A stretch of 64,000 bases of DNA, taken from contig OZ231126.1 of the NCBI GenBank assembly GCA_965153355.1, forward strand, positions 13,330,001-13,394,000, given 5' to 3'. The notes below the pieces were generated by a model. It saw only the letters and a program-made list of their open reading frames with translations, was not told the origin of the DNA and made no database searches. Origin of the DNA: Flaccisagitta enflata (lineage: Eukaryota). The position numbers were made by a program, and so were the translations under genes. Below, in pieces: positions 14,901 to 30,023 of the stretch (positions within the stretch are counted from its first letter, which is position 1; every line of letters starts with the position of its first letter).

Positions 14901-14967
<67 letters not shown>

Positions 14968-15501
14968 ATTTCAAGTGGTGGTTATTCACCGCCACTCAGA
15001 GAGTCTCCTCATTTAAAAGTATTTCAGTACATTTCTATTTGGTTCTCATTGTCTTGCTTATGTCTCATCTCCTATTTCTCTCATCTTTGAGATGTAGATC
15101 TGGAAGCAGGTTTCTCCCCCTCTTTGATTTGTTTTTGTTTTGGGAGTTGATCGAGTTACATAGTTTTTACTTTGAAGCCATCTTGTCTGATTGTGAGTCG
15201 TTTCTTCGTGAAAATATTTCCCAAAAGTCCATTTTATTGTTTTTGTTTCGGGAGTAAATGGAGTTTAAAAGACAAGTATCAGTTTCACTCCATTCAGATA
15301 AAAGGATCTAAGCGTCAGAAAGAATTATAATGATGAGCGTTGATGCGCTGCATCACACTGGAGCTGGCGATAGAACTGACTTATAAAATGAACTTTGAAA
15401 ATGGCAAAAAAAAATAAAAGGATAGTTGAAGAAATGGTCAGAACAGTCCAAAAGTAGCGTTTAAGTGATGGCAAGCTCGATGACGTAAATGGGCAAAACA
15501 T

Positions 15502-15621
<120 letters not shown>

Positions 15622-16404
15622 CCCCCGTGTCCGTATTAATTCGCGTCAATTGTTCGAGATCTTGAATTTCTAAGAGGCTCTTAAGATGTTGACGATGACG
15701 ACGACGACGTCGACGACGACGGAGAATAACGAAGACGACGATGACGACGATGACGACGACGGTAACGAAGACCACGGAGACGGTGGTTGTGGTGATAGCG
15801 GTCCTGGTTCTGGCCAAGATTCCTAGTCTAAACAAATTCATGGGAATCTTGCCTTAATTGGCCCGTGACGACGCGATGATGAAGATGGGTGAAGAGGAAG
15901 AAGATAAAGATAAGGAAGAGGAAGAAAAAGAAAAAGAAAAAGAAAAAGAAAAAGAAAAAGAAAAAGAAGAAGAAGAAGAAGAAGAGGAAAAAGAGGAGGA
16001 AGGAAAAAGAGAAACAATATCAATATGCCTTCAAAAAGAAGAACACAAAAGTAAACGAAGACAGGGGCGATTTTCACTTAAAACAGTTCTTGAATTGACG
16101 TCACTGAACGGCGAAAAAGTGAGATAACACGTTTTATTTGTTTATTTTCATTTATTTGTTTTTTTATTTATTTATTTATCTTTTGCGGAAAGCGATTATC
16201 AACATTCTTGGGCCTGTTTTCTTTTTGAATCCCTCTCCCATTCTAGTCTGACTATCAGAGTAAATGCAGACCGACAGAAAATGGAAAGGATATGACACGA
16301 CATTTTGAATGACATGATGAAATTTCCTTTGAAATTGTCCTTAATGCGCTCACAGAAAAAAAGGTATTAACTAAAGAATTCAAAAATGGTCGAAATGGAG
16401 AGAA

Positions 16405-16650
16405 GCTGTATGGGGGGTGCAGATCTGTGACATATAAAACTGGTAAGGGGTGCAGGTTTATGAGAGAAACGCCGGATAAGGGTACAGGTCTATGACATGG
16501 ATGGTGGTTGAAGGGGGGAGGTGCAGGTCCGTGGCTTAAACGCCAGATAGGGGTGCAGGTCCGTGGCTTAAACACCCGATGGGGGTGCAGGTCCGTGTCA
16601 TAAAAGTTGGATGGGGGTGCATGACCGTGGCATAAACGCCGGATGGAATG
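16405..16650. repeat. About 33-bp minisatellite (GGGGTGCAGGTCCGTGGCTTAAACGCC.GAT)
   Basis: About seven diverged copies of GGGGTGCAG.TC.GTG. Confidence 0.75.
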
Positions 16651-16853
16651 CCGGTTTGTGAAATCTGTGCCGATTCTTTTGCCGGATGAAAAAGTCGGGT
16701 TTGATTATGGGGCCGGCAAAAGGCTCATTTGAAGCCAAATTTCACCAAAGAAATTCGACCATAAAAATGTCGAATCTGAAATTTGGAGCCGTTTATCTTT
16801 TGTTCATGAAAGGTTAAAAGAAGATGATGATGATGTCGATGATACTGATGTTA

Positions 16854-17257
<404 letters not shown>

Positions 17258-17577
17258 AACGATGCCTTTTCCATCTTTTCTTTCCTTTCATTCAGCCCCC
17301 TTATTGAGTTATTCGTGTCTCTCACACCCTCTCTCTCCTCGTATTTCCCTATCTCTTTACCTCTGTTCTTCTCCTCCTTTTGCATCTTCTCTCTTCCCTT
17401 CTTCTTCTCCTTCTCCTGTCTCTTGTTTCTTTGCCCTCTCCTTCTTCTTCTCCTCCTCTTCTTCTTCTTCTCCCCTTTCATCCACCCCGTTCATCGTGAT
17501 GATAAAAATGTCTCTTGTGCGCTTTCGGTTCATTCTTCACAAATTCCAGCGCCAAAACAAATCCACTGTAATGACGC

Positions 17578-17797
17578 CAACCGCCGAAGTGGTGGCAAAG
17601 GGGGGAGGGGGGGAGGTTAGCCACCGAAGTGGCGGTAGTGGTGGCAAGGAAGAAGGGGGGGGGCAGCCACCGACGAAGGCGGTAGTGGTGGCAAGGGGGG
17701 GGGGGGGCAGCCGCTAAAGTGGCGGTAGTGGTGGCAAGGGGGGCAGCCGCCGAAGTGGCAGTAGTGGTAGCAAGGGGGGGGGGGCAGCCGCCGAAGG
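17578..17797. repeat. G-rich minisatellite (GCC.CCGAAGTGGCGGTAGTGGTGGCAAGGGGGGG)
   Basis: Five or six copies with variable G-runs. Confidence 0.85.
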
Positions 17798-18054
17798 CCC
17801 GAATCCAGACTGTGGAATGGGTTTTTACTCCTTCGAGGGTGTAAAATGGATGTGAGAAATGGAGAAATGGAGAAGTCAGGGGGATGGGAGAGGAGGGGTA
17901 AATTACTTGACACAAATATATGGCAGAATGGGCGAGTCGTGGTGGTTGCACAAGATACGTAATAGAGACTTATGCGGGTTTATAGAAGCCCTATCCTTTC
18001 CCTCTTCCCTTTTACGTATCCGTCCTTTTCTCTTTTTACTTATCCTTTATCTTC

Positions 18055-18556
18055 TTTTTAGTCGCGTGCACGCGACTCTACACCTTGCCGTGTCGGTCGG
18101 TACTTCGGTATGTCGGTACGTCGGTCACGTTTTTGAAATTATGACTTTTTAGGTTTTTTTAAGGTATTTTAGGGTACTCTAGGGTATTTCAGGGTACTTT
18201 AGGGTACTTCAGGGTACTTTAGGGTACTTAATTTATTTTAGGTACATAAGGTATTTTAGGGTACTTTCAGATACTTTTAGTTTATTCAGGTATTTTTGAG
18301 TATTTTTGTGTGTTTTTAGGTGTTTTTGGGTGTTTTTGGGTGTTTTTGAGTATTTTTGGGTGTTATTGGGTATTTTTGGGTATTTTTGGGTATTTTGGGT
18401 ATTTTGGGTATTTTGTCAACTTTTTATTTGACAGTCGTTATTGGTTCAGAATGTAACTTTTTTTGAGACAGACGTTATGTAGTATAAAGTTGTGTTGTAT
18501 GAAGTTGTGTAATTGTGTGTAACGTAGCACGCGACTGTTGGCCTGTTTGGCTTGTT
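18055..18556 (+). mobile_element. Family-B element with AGGGTACTTT / GGGTATTTTT 10-bp arrays
   Basis: TTTTTAGTCGCGTGCACGCGACTCTACAC start; GCACGCGACTGTTGGCC...CTTGTT end. Confidence 0.7.
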
Positions 18557-19160
18557 CTTTTCCACCCAAGAATCGGATCTTTGAAGCAAAAAACTTGGAA
18601 AAAAAAGGATAAGTAACAGGAAGAGATGAAGAGGCTGCGCAGAAAAAGAAGAAGAAGAAGAAGAAGAAGAAGAAGAAGAAGAAGAAGAAAAAGAAGAAGA
18701 AGAAGAAAAGAAGAAGAAGAAGAAGAAGAAGAAGAAGAAGAAGAAGAAGAAGAAGAAGAAGAAGAAGAAGAAGAAGAAGAAGAAGAAAAGTAAAAGAAGT
18801 AGAAGTAGAGGAAGAGGACGGAAAAGAGAAAGGAGAAACGGAAGAAGAAGAAGAATGAGAAAAGGAAGGAGAAGTAAATGAAAAAAGAAACGAGTGAAAT
18901 AGTTGAACGACGTAATGATATCCAGAAGTTGATTCCAGTGGCCTCTGTCTGTTTTCGACTCAAGTTGCTAAACAGTTGACTTGGAAAGAAAAAAAGTTCT
19001 CCTTGACGAAAAACAGATCAAATCGAAATTTGCAAGTTCAACCCTTTGAGGCGAGGGGGTGTGGGGGAAATAGGAGGGTTGGGGGTTGGTGAAGAAAAAA
19101 AAACAGCGTTTTTGAATCGATGAACGCCAGTCGCGAGGGCTTGCACAAACATTTGGAGAG

Positions 19161-19350
<190 letters not shown>

Positions 19351-19658
19351 CTGTTCTCTTTGGTTGCCATTGCAGAAACACCATCAACATCTCTGACCGA
19401 TTTTTCAAGTGAGCCAATTTTCAATATCATTTAGCATCTAAGCTGGTTGGAGAAAGCTCGTCATCAGCATAAATCCAAACACCATGCATCTTAAAAGTGG
19501 GTGTGGTGGGTCCCAAGCATGTGTGGTTCTTTGGGATAATCCAACGAGTGTGGTGAGATCAATTACCACAGACTGATCAAGGTGACGTCTCAAAGAGATG
19601 AACATTATCCCATGCTAGTTTTGGTGGATATTACAGGTCAAACTTGTCAAGGCATGTA

Positions 19659-19830
19659 CAGTTGAACCTTGCAATTACGGATGTCACGGAACAAACAAAT
19701 AATATCTGTGACGGGTGGTTTTCTGTTACTGTCAATATACTAAAAGATAATACCGCAAAGAAAATTAAATATCACATCTGTTTTAGGCGGCTTTCCATTA
19801 CTCTCGGGTCTGTTATGGTGGGCGTAACTG
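19659..19830. mobile_element. Degenerate Tc1/mariner (pogo/Tigger-like) MITE
   Basis: TA|CAGTTGAACCTTGCAATTACGGA ... TCTGTTATGGTGGGCGTAACTG|TG: imperfect TIRs with a partly decayed TA TSD. Confidence 0.5.
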
Positions 19831-20640
19831 TGATTTAAAAAGAGAGTGATCTGATAACACACAATGTGGACATAAAAAGTGAGAAATTGCGCATCCTAAA
19901 TTTGATCAATCAGATGATATTGCACCAAGAGGATCTATAAAGTAAGAATATAGAAGCATCTTTCATCCAAAATATGAATTGATCATTCAGATAACATTGC
20001 AACAGAAGGACATTAAAACATGACAAACGAGCATTGAAAGTGAGTGAATCAGATCAATTGGATAACATTCACCAAAGGGACATTGAAACCATAACAAATG
20101 AGCATCAGAAGCAAGTGGGTCAAACCGAAGACGGAACTAGGTTAAAAGGCGTTAAGAAGCTTATCGTGTCCGTTATCTTTTCTTTTTTTATTTTTCCTCT
20201 ATGAGCATTTTCCGGGTAAAATGAGAGATGGAAAGTATAATTTTGTTATAGATTTACTTGTTAGAATTGAGCTCATTGTAGTTTTTTTTTTTCACGTCAC
20301 AAAAAAAAAAGAAAAAAAGCACAAATAAAGCATTTATCATGATCAAAAATCGCAAAACATGCTTGAACATCACCATTAACTGATATGGTTGTTACCATCA
20401 ACTTTTGAGTTGATCATCTGTTATCTTTTCAAAGAAACAAACACAGCGATACATCCTCCTCAATATATAATCGTTTAAACCCTGACAAATGCTCGTTTGA
20501 CTTTGCAATGAACCCACCTTGGGCAAAAGGCCATCGGCAATTTCACAAATCTTCCTCCCAGAAAAGATATAACCTCTAATTGAAATGAGAGACTGGCACC
20601 CATTTGCAGCCATTACTTCCTGAAACATGGGAGAAGAGAA

Positions 20641-20754
<114 letters not shown>

Positions 20755-21116
20755 TAGAGATGGAATAGATAGAGAATAGAGATAGCTTTCTACGATGAAA
20801 AGCAAATTCTTTCGGTTTTCTGCCGATCTAAAAGGGCAAAATCCGCTTCGGCATAATTTGCTGCCTAAGCGCAAATTCTATGAGCTCTCCTCACCTCCTC
20901 TGCCTCCTCCTCACCTCCTCTGCCTCCTCCTCACCTCCCTCCCTCTCATCCTCATCCTTCTCCTCCTCAGCCATGAGCTCTCCTCAGCTTTGTTCTGACG
21001 AAATCCTGTCCTCACTTTTGTTCTTCTCTGTCTCTATCTTCATTCTTACTGTCATTTATTTCTGTTTTACTCTGTCATTGTCTGTCTGTCTTCTGTTTCC
21101 TCTGTCTGTCTCTGTC

Positions 21117-21163
<47 letters not shown>

Positions 21164-21166
21164 GAC

Positions 21167-21201
<35 letters not shown>

Positions 21202-21232
21202 GTCTCTGTCTCTGTCTCTGTCTCTCTCTCTG

Positions 21233-21316
<84 letters not shown>

Positions 21317-22177
21317 TATTTTTCCTCAACTCCCCAGTATGAAAAAGAAAAGCTTTGCCTTTCACTTGAGCTGAAAACTCATTTCCATGCCGAGGTTCAA
21401 ATTCTATTCGACCTTCGAAGGGGAGAAAAAAAAAGGGGGAAATTTCTTTTAAAAAGAAAAACGAGAGAGAGCGAGAATAAGGAAACCTAATGAAAAGAGA
21501 GCAAAAAGAAACCTGAATATCAGCTACCGAGGATGGATAATGTGGGAGAAAAAATAACATAGAATAAATTGTTTCTGCATTTATCGCACATTTGATAACA
21601 TGAAATATCATCACTTTATTTGAACAAAATTGTCTTCAACAACAACGAAATGACATATCATGATAAAGAATGACATGTGATGGAAACGTTGTGTCACATG
21701 ACTACCGACCGACGCATGACTGTGACATATGACATATACAAAGTAGGGTTGAGTAGTAATGTTGTCCAACCTTCATATGACACATGACTGTGGTTAGTGA
21801 ATCCGAAGTCATACAAAACTGTGGCATTCATTCAAACTAAACGATGTGAAAATGTCAGCTCTATCAGACTGGACAAAAACCGTCCATTTGCATCACGCGC
21901 AGAGAACGCCTTTTTTGGATGTCGGAACGTCGGCGGGCAATCAAGTAGAACGGAAAGACGCGTGTAGGCATGTGACCGCCGTAAAAAAAGAAAAGACGCG
22001 TGTAGGCATGTGACCGCCGCGATGGACAAGGAAAAGACACGTGGCAGCGTGTGATTATTACAATAACATGGACAGCGGGAAGTGGCTAAGCAGTCATTGA
22101 AGGAATGAATATTGCCGAAAAGAACATTCTAGAAATGAGGGCGAAGGGTTGCTGGTTGAAAATTGTAATGGTAAAAG

Positions 22178-22296
22178 AACAAGGCCAAGTAGGCCAATAA
22201 GGTGCGCCGTGTAGATCGTCGAACGAATGCGTTACCAACAGACAGAAAGACCAACGGACACAGCCAGTTATAGAGGTGCTTTGGCGCACCTAAAAA
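22178..22296 (-). mobile_element. HINE-like element, related subfamily
   Basis: AACAAGGCC start, GACA-type core, and end TATAGAGGTGC..GCGCACCTAAAAA. Confidence 0.55.
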
Positions 22297-22681
22297 GCGA
22301 ACGGCGTATTATCAAAATGAAATGTTAAAGAATATGGTCAACATGAAAGTACTGATTGGAAGATATCGATGTGACGATGGGAGTGGAGTAATGGAAGAGA
22401 GAAAATACAAGAAAGTTCAGTACATAAAGAAGATTTTTTTATCGATTATTGAAAGTCTTTAAGGTCGAGGGGAGTAAAGGATTGTAGATGTAAAAACAGA
22501 AGTTGGGGGCAGCAGATGGGGAGCAGATGGAAGGGGAAGCAAAAAGCGGCAAAATAGAAAGATTGTTGATGACCTTTCGGCGAGCATCTCTAAAGTCCCT
22601 CTCGTCTCTTCAGTCCCTCTTGGCGCCGAAAATATGGTCACGTTCTCACACTTGAAGGAGAAAATCAACCGCGGCCCTTTT

Positions 22682-22800
<119 letters not shown>

Positions 22801-22870
22801 GTGATAGGGTAAAGCAAGAGGGAGAGAGACTGCATGTGATAGGGTAAAGCAAGAGGCAGAGAGAGCGAGC

Positions 22871-23002
<132 letters not shown>

Positions 23003-23287
23003 GGAGACAGCGAGACAGAGATACAGAGCCAAAAACAGACAGACAAGCAGACACACAAACAGAGACAGATGGATTGAAAAACATACAATGACTGACCGAA
23101 ACAGAGAGACACACAGATACCGATTAATGGGAAGTCCGACGGAGTTTGAGATAGAGACAGGAACCAAAGCTTGAGACACTGTGGTACAAAAAAGAAAGAA
23201 AAGGCAAAAGAAAAAAGCAACTGTCTCCTCCTTAGACAGAGACAGAGTGAGTCTATGGAAGGTCTCAGAGCGCTGACACAATTAGAA

Positions 23288-23326
<39 letters not shown>

Positions 23327-23929
23327 GTGTGTGTTCCGCCATATTTTTTCTTTTGTGTATGATTTCCTTTTCCTTTTATATTTCCACTCGTCGATGTGGC
23401 GCGAATGGGAGAACATAAACATATCCTCAACAAAAGGGCAATAGCAAAAGCTCACCCTCTCAGTAGATGACTCTGTCTCCGCCTGTCTTTCTTTCTCCAT
23501 GTCCTCAACAAAAGGGAGATAGCAAAAGCTCACCCTCTCACTAGATAACTCTGCTTCTGCCTTTCTATCTTTCTTCTCTTTAGGTGACTGACTGTGGATC
23601 TGTCCCTGTTTTCCCGCTCTGTGGCGTTGCCTTCTAGACAACTATGTATATGCTTTTGTGTGTGTTATGAATCAACCAAAGTTGTTTTCTATGCATCGCT
23701 TACCCCGGGGTTTTTGAAGTTGCTTATTGTTGCGTTGCTATCATTGAGGTGAAATATATTTTCCTCTATGTTCATGATTAAAGCGGATTTGCAAGGTTTC
23801 TTTGCAGTTAGATATTTTTTTCACTTTACTACGTTTTGATAATGGGGAAACAGTGTTGAGTCTCGGCCAATCATCTCCGAATTCCCAATCATGTGCGTCA
23901 TAATGCTCTTTCATAGATACCATCCTCTC

Positions 23930-24825
23930 AACTCCCATTCTCTCTCTCTCATGTGTTGTTTCAGCCTCAACTCCTATACACTCTCTCATGTGTTATTTCA
24001 TCCTCAACCCTCATATTCTCTCTCATGTGTTGTTTCATCCTCAACTACCATGTCCTACAACAAGTATGCCTTCATTCTTCCCTATATGCACCCATTTACT
24101 CTCTTATGTCCACCATTCTTCTCCTTTATCTGATATACATTATACTTCCTCCAAATGTTTCGTGTGTCCTCCTCCTTCCCTCAAAGTTCTTTCTCTTCCT
24201 CGCCCACATTAACCACTTTCCTTCCTCATGTGATCCCTCCTCCTCCCTCATGTGCACCCTCCTTCCTCATGTGCACCCTTCTCCTCCCTCCCTCCTCTGC
24301 ACCCACCACCTCCCTCCCCTGCTCTGCACCCTCCTCCTTTCTCATGTGCACCCTCCTCCTCCCTCATGTGCACCATTTGCCTCCCTCATGTGCACCCTTC
24401 TCTTCCCTCATGTGCACCCTCCTCCTTCCTCATGTGCACCCTCCTCCTTCCTTATGTGAGCCCCACTTCTCTCTCGTACGCACCCTCCCCCTTCCTCATG
24501 TGCACCCTCTTCCTCCCTCATGTGCACCCTCTTCCTCCCTCATGTGCACCCTCCTCCTCCCTCATGTGCACCCTCCTCCTTCCTCATGTGCACCCTCCTT
24601 CTACCTCATGTGCACCCTCCTCCTCCCTCATGTGCACCCTCTTCCTCCCTCATGTGCACCCTCCTCCTCCCTCATGTGCACCCTCCTTCTTCCTCATGTG
24701 CACCCTCCTCCTCCCTCATGTGCACCCTCCTCCTCCCTCATGTGCACCCTCCTCCTCCCTCATGTGCACCCTCCTCCTCCCTCATGTGCACCCTCTTCCT
24801 CCCTCATGTGCACCCTCTTCCTCCC
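23930..24825. repeat. 22-bp minisatellite CATGTGCACCCTCCTCCTCCCT
   Basis: About 25 clear copies from about 24225, with degenerate copies to the left. It gives 22-aa periodic ORFs in all three frames. Confidence 0.93.
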
Positions 24826-24942
24826 GGGGTCCCAAACTGCGAAAAGTCATCAAATTCACTGATCCTTTTTCCGCTTAGTTCATCCTCTCGTTAAACGGCT
24901 CTCTCGCTCCCTCTCTCGTCTGCTGCTGAAATAACTGTTATT

Positions 24943-25102
<160 letters not shown>

Positions 25103-26146
25103 CTTTTTTCTTGTGGTGCTTTGAGGTGCTTCAACTGAAATGGGCAACACAGTGTGGGAAGGAGTGGAACTCATTTCATTCAGCCACAAAAAAAAAAAAA
25201 GAAGAAAAAACAAAACAAAAACAAAATGATGAAAAATCATCAGAACCACTTTTGGATGATTTTTACAAGTTTTGTAACCACGCTCTACAAAATGCACGTG
25301 CCAAAAGTTCAATACAACTTTCTAAATCTGATCGCGGTAAATGGAAGTCTCCCAGCCTCTAAACCTCCATACGAACAAAGTGGGTGGTACTTGTTTAAAC
25401 CACCCATGACAAATTGCTGGTGGTGTGTTTTTTTTATACACTTTACAGAAAACGGGTGGTACATGATGAAAACACCCGCCAAGCTCTAGGTCGGGAGAGA
25501 AAAAAAAGAGCAAATAGAAAAGTGGAATGAAAAATGGGATTTAGTTTGATCTAGGGTTAATGATTTCGGTCACTCAGCAGTCCTACTGCTGTCAGAGAGG
25601 GAGAGGGAAGAAGGGTGAGAGGTGGTGGCAGAAACAGAAACAGGGGGACTAGTGAAGCTAGGGGGGAAATGGAAAAGAACCATAAAGGACGATAAAACAT
25701 TTTTTTCAATAGCAAGATGAGCTTCTAAGGTGAGACAATATCGAACTAAAAGTAACCTGGGCTTTAAATATTTGACACATATGAAATCACACAATTCTAC
25801 TTAAAAGTTCTCGAGACGATATACTGGACAAGGTGGTGATAAGTAAGCCGCTTCAGAGTGGATTTTAGATAACCAGATGCGGTTAAACAACGTCGTAACG
25901 ATAAAATCACCCAAAAGAATCTCTTGTCATTACATTTAGTTCATTCCATGTAGGACGTGACCTCTCTCTATATTCAGCCTCCTCTTTGCCTGTCAAAAGC
26001 CACAATGAAGCCGTTTTCTCGCGAAACGCTGACACCGTAGCACCTCAAAAAAGGCGAGGAGCACCAAAAAGGCGAGGAGCACCGCGCCTCTGCACTTGGC
26101 GCTTAAAATGGAGCTTACTGAAGGACATATAAATGAGAAGGGAAGC

Positions 26147-26201
<55 letters not shown>

Positions 26202-26357
26202 TAAAGCACTATTTCGTTTTTACTATTTCTTTCTCTCTCACCATGGGCACCATGAGCACCATGAGCTCTGGGCTTACAGGCGTCATTTCGATGACGATCC
26301 GCCCTTTTGGATGCTCTGGCCAAAAACTCATCAAAATTCTCTCGTCAAAATGATCTA

Positions 26358-26427
<70 letters not shown>

Positions 26428-26466
26428 CTGCTGGTGGTAGGATATTGGCGATCATCCGGATGCTTT

Positions 26467-26558
<92 letters not shown>

Positions 26559-27228
26559 TTATACACACACAGACTGAAAATTACCATGCCTTACCTTATG
26601 CACATATCAAGCGGCTACTCCTCAGACAAACAGACAAACAGACACGCTAATTGTCTGATAAAAAAAAATCACTGTTCAATGAACAGACCGACTAGCTAAT
26701 AGCAAGAATTAGTAGAATAACAGACCAACAAGCTCACTGTTAGTCCCGTTCTGACATCCAGGCGAAATTGGAAAATTCGAAAAGCCACAGCTGCCGATAA
26801 AAATCTTTACAAGTCACCAAATCCTCGCCAGACTTTGCAGCTGTGTCGAAAACCGGAACAGCAGCAGCAACAGCATCTGCAGCAGCCACAGCGGGAGCAG
26901 TCAATTCCGAGAAACCGCCGCCTCGACCGCTCAGAGGCAGCAGAGGCTGTGTCTGCTGCGGCGTTTTGGACTTGGAGAGGGGAGGAAGTATTAGGTGGAT
27001 TGGCGGTGGTGGGGTGGGGGAGGGGGGGGGAAAGGAGGAGGGAAATGAGATGATATGGAGGAGTACAATGGTGAGAGATTGGTAGGGACAGCATACGAGG
27101 TCAGAGGGAGGGGGAAAGGGAACTGCTGCTACTGTTGCTGTTGCTGCTGCTGCTGGCGTTGTGCTGTTTTTGCGGTGGCGAATTTGGGGGGCGCGGCCGA
27201 CCGTGAAAAGGTTTCCTGAAAGGAAACT

Positions 27229-27284
<56 letters not shown>

Positions 27285-27908
27285 GACAGACAGAGAGAGA
27301 GAGAGAGAGAGACAGAGAAAAGCAAGAAGTTGAGCTAATTTTTATGAGGCGATGGCTTGAGAAGAAAAGAAAAAATTTGGGGGTGAGTTTGGTAAGTAGA
27401 GGGTAGGGAAAAGGATCGTCGAGCTAAGGTGCGGACTGGTAATTGGGGCAGACTTGTGAAGAAAGGTGTGTATGGTGGTCTCAGGGTGGGAAGGTGGTGG
27501 TAATAGGGTGATGCAAAGGTAAGGTCTTGGTTGCAAAAACGAGCTTTAGTAGGACAGAAGTTTTACGGGACAAACTCATTGTAAAGATGATGCTGAATTA
27601 GCTGAACCAGCCAAAACTGAAACAAAACTGAGTGAACAATGGGAGCATGACAATAAAGGGAGATAATTTTAAAAATAAAACCTAAATGGAAGAAGCCAAA
27701 AAGACATTGAAAATAGAAAAAAAAGCTAAAAAAAAAACGCAATCTTAAAGAATAGACTAAGTGGCATGGGAGAAATATATGTTGCGAACGGAGACAAAGA
27801 AACATGGAATTGGTAGAACAGTACGAAGTGAAAATCATGGAGTGAAGGAAAAGATAGAAAAAAAAAAATAGGGTAGAAAAAAAAAACAAATGCAAAAAGC
27901 AACAAGAA

Positions 27909-28482
27909 AACAGGTCGCCCAAGGGCAATATGTGGTCAGCGATACCCGTTGCCCTGCTTTGCATGGTTGTAAATCGGAATGAGAGGCAGGGCAGCGGCCC
28001 CGAAGGGGACGAAGTCCTGTAGAACACAGGGGACTTTCGTTCATTTGTCCGTCCGTTCGTTTGTCCGTCCGCCCCCCCCAGGCCCTCTCAGGCCTGAAAT
28101 CTGCCTGTCAGGCCTAAAATCTGCCCTCTCAGGCCTCAAATTTGCCCTCTCAGGCCTTATCTGAGAGGGCAGATTTCAGGCCTGAGAGGGCAGATCTAAA
28201 GCCTGACAGGCAGATTTTAGGCCTGAAAGGGCAAATCTCAGGCCTGAGAGGGCAGATTCAAGGCCTGAAAGGGCAGATTTCAGGCCTGAGAGGGCAAATT
28301 TCAGGCCTGAGAGGGCAGATTCAAGGCCTGAGAGGGCAGATTTCAGGCCTGAGGGGACAGATTTTAAGCCTGAGAGGGCCGGGGGGGGGGGGGATGAACG
28401 AACGAACGAACGGACGGACAAACAAACGAAAGTCCCCTGTGTTCTACAGGACTTCGTCCCCTTCGGGGCCGCTGCCCTAAAA
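27909..28482 (+). mobile_element. Family-A element, most complete copy
   Basis: AACAGGTCGCCCAAGGGCAATATGTGGTCAG... start; inverted repeats at about 27989-28041 and 28425-28477; GTCC/GAAC microsatellites; opposed 21-bp arrays meeting near 28160. Confidence 0.78.
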
Positions 28483-28627
28483 GGAAAAGCGTAAGAGAGT
28501 GAAGGAGACGAAAAAGGAAAAACTGAGATAGAGAAAGGAAAAGAGAGGAAAATCTAAATCCTGGATCTTGACCGCGGGATTTCACCTTCGTCACTTTAGT
28601 GACATTTCCTCAGACAGACCGGTCACT

Positions 28628-28893
<266 letters not shown>

Positions 28894-29127
28894 CTCTTCC
28901 TTCATCATTTTTCTGCCCATGAATTACAATCAATCTTTTCTTCAGGTTTCTGAATATGAAAGATGTTGTACACGTTTTCATACCGTCTTCTTTCTTTTTC
29001 TTTCCCTCCTCTTATCAACCTCTCCAGGATTTCTCTTGCTTGGTGTCCTCGCACTATTATGGATCTATCCTATCATTTTACCCTTAAGAGATGTTTTTTT
29101 TTCAACAGAAGATGTATGGATCAATTA

Positions 29128-29221
29128 ATGAATGAATGAATGAATGAATGAATGAATGAGTGAATGAATGAATGAATGAATGAATGAATGAATGAATGAA
29201 TGAATGAATGAATAAATGAAT
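29128..29221. repeat. (GAAT)n microsatellite
   Basis: Direct reading. Confidence 0.95.
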
Positions 29222-29796
29222 CGAGAATAACGAATGGCGTAAAAAGCCTTTATGGTTCTCAATAGCGTATATCTCATAATGAACAAATCATCTTCTAACC
29301 GTTTCTCTGCTTCCCTGTCTATCTACCTCTATTCTTGTTTCGTCAGACTGATATATACTTTCCTTCTTTTTTCTCTCTCTTACTCACTTCCTCTCTCATG
29401 TGGTAATAATTATTACAGGTCGTTCAATAATCCTGCTCACGAGGCAAAAAAGGTAATCTGGGCGGCAATTTTGTCTGATATGGAGCCATTTCCACCTCCA
29501 TTTACCACCTCATCTCCTCTTCCTCTTCCTTCTTCTTCTTCTTCTTCTTCTCCTCCTCCACCTTCTTCTCCTCCTCAAACTCTTCCTCCTTTTCCTCTTC
29601 TTCCTCTCCTTCCTCCTCCACTTTCCCTATCTTTGCCACCTTGGTTTTCTCCTTAGGTAAAAAAAGAAATGAAAAAAAGAAACGATGAAAGAATATCAGG
29701 GAGGGAGGGTGGATGGGGGGAGAACGATGGAAAAACTCATCAGTAGGAATCTAGAACCTTTAACTTTTCCCCATTCATCTTGACTATCTGTGTGTT

Positions 29797-29908
<112 letters not shown>

Positions 29909-29912
29909 TGTG

Positions 29913-30023
<111 letters not shown>

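Noticed and set aside
26835-27085. Gln/Ala-rich GC-rich ORFs as a possible N-terminal Tbx20 exon
   Set aside because: No eh1-like or T-box motif and no clear donor. It cannot be supported without RNA data, though it is not excluded.
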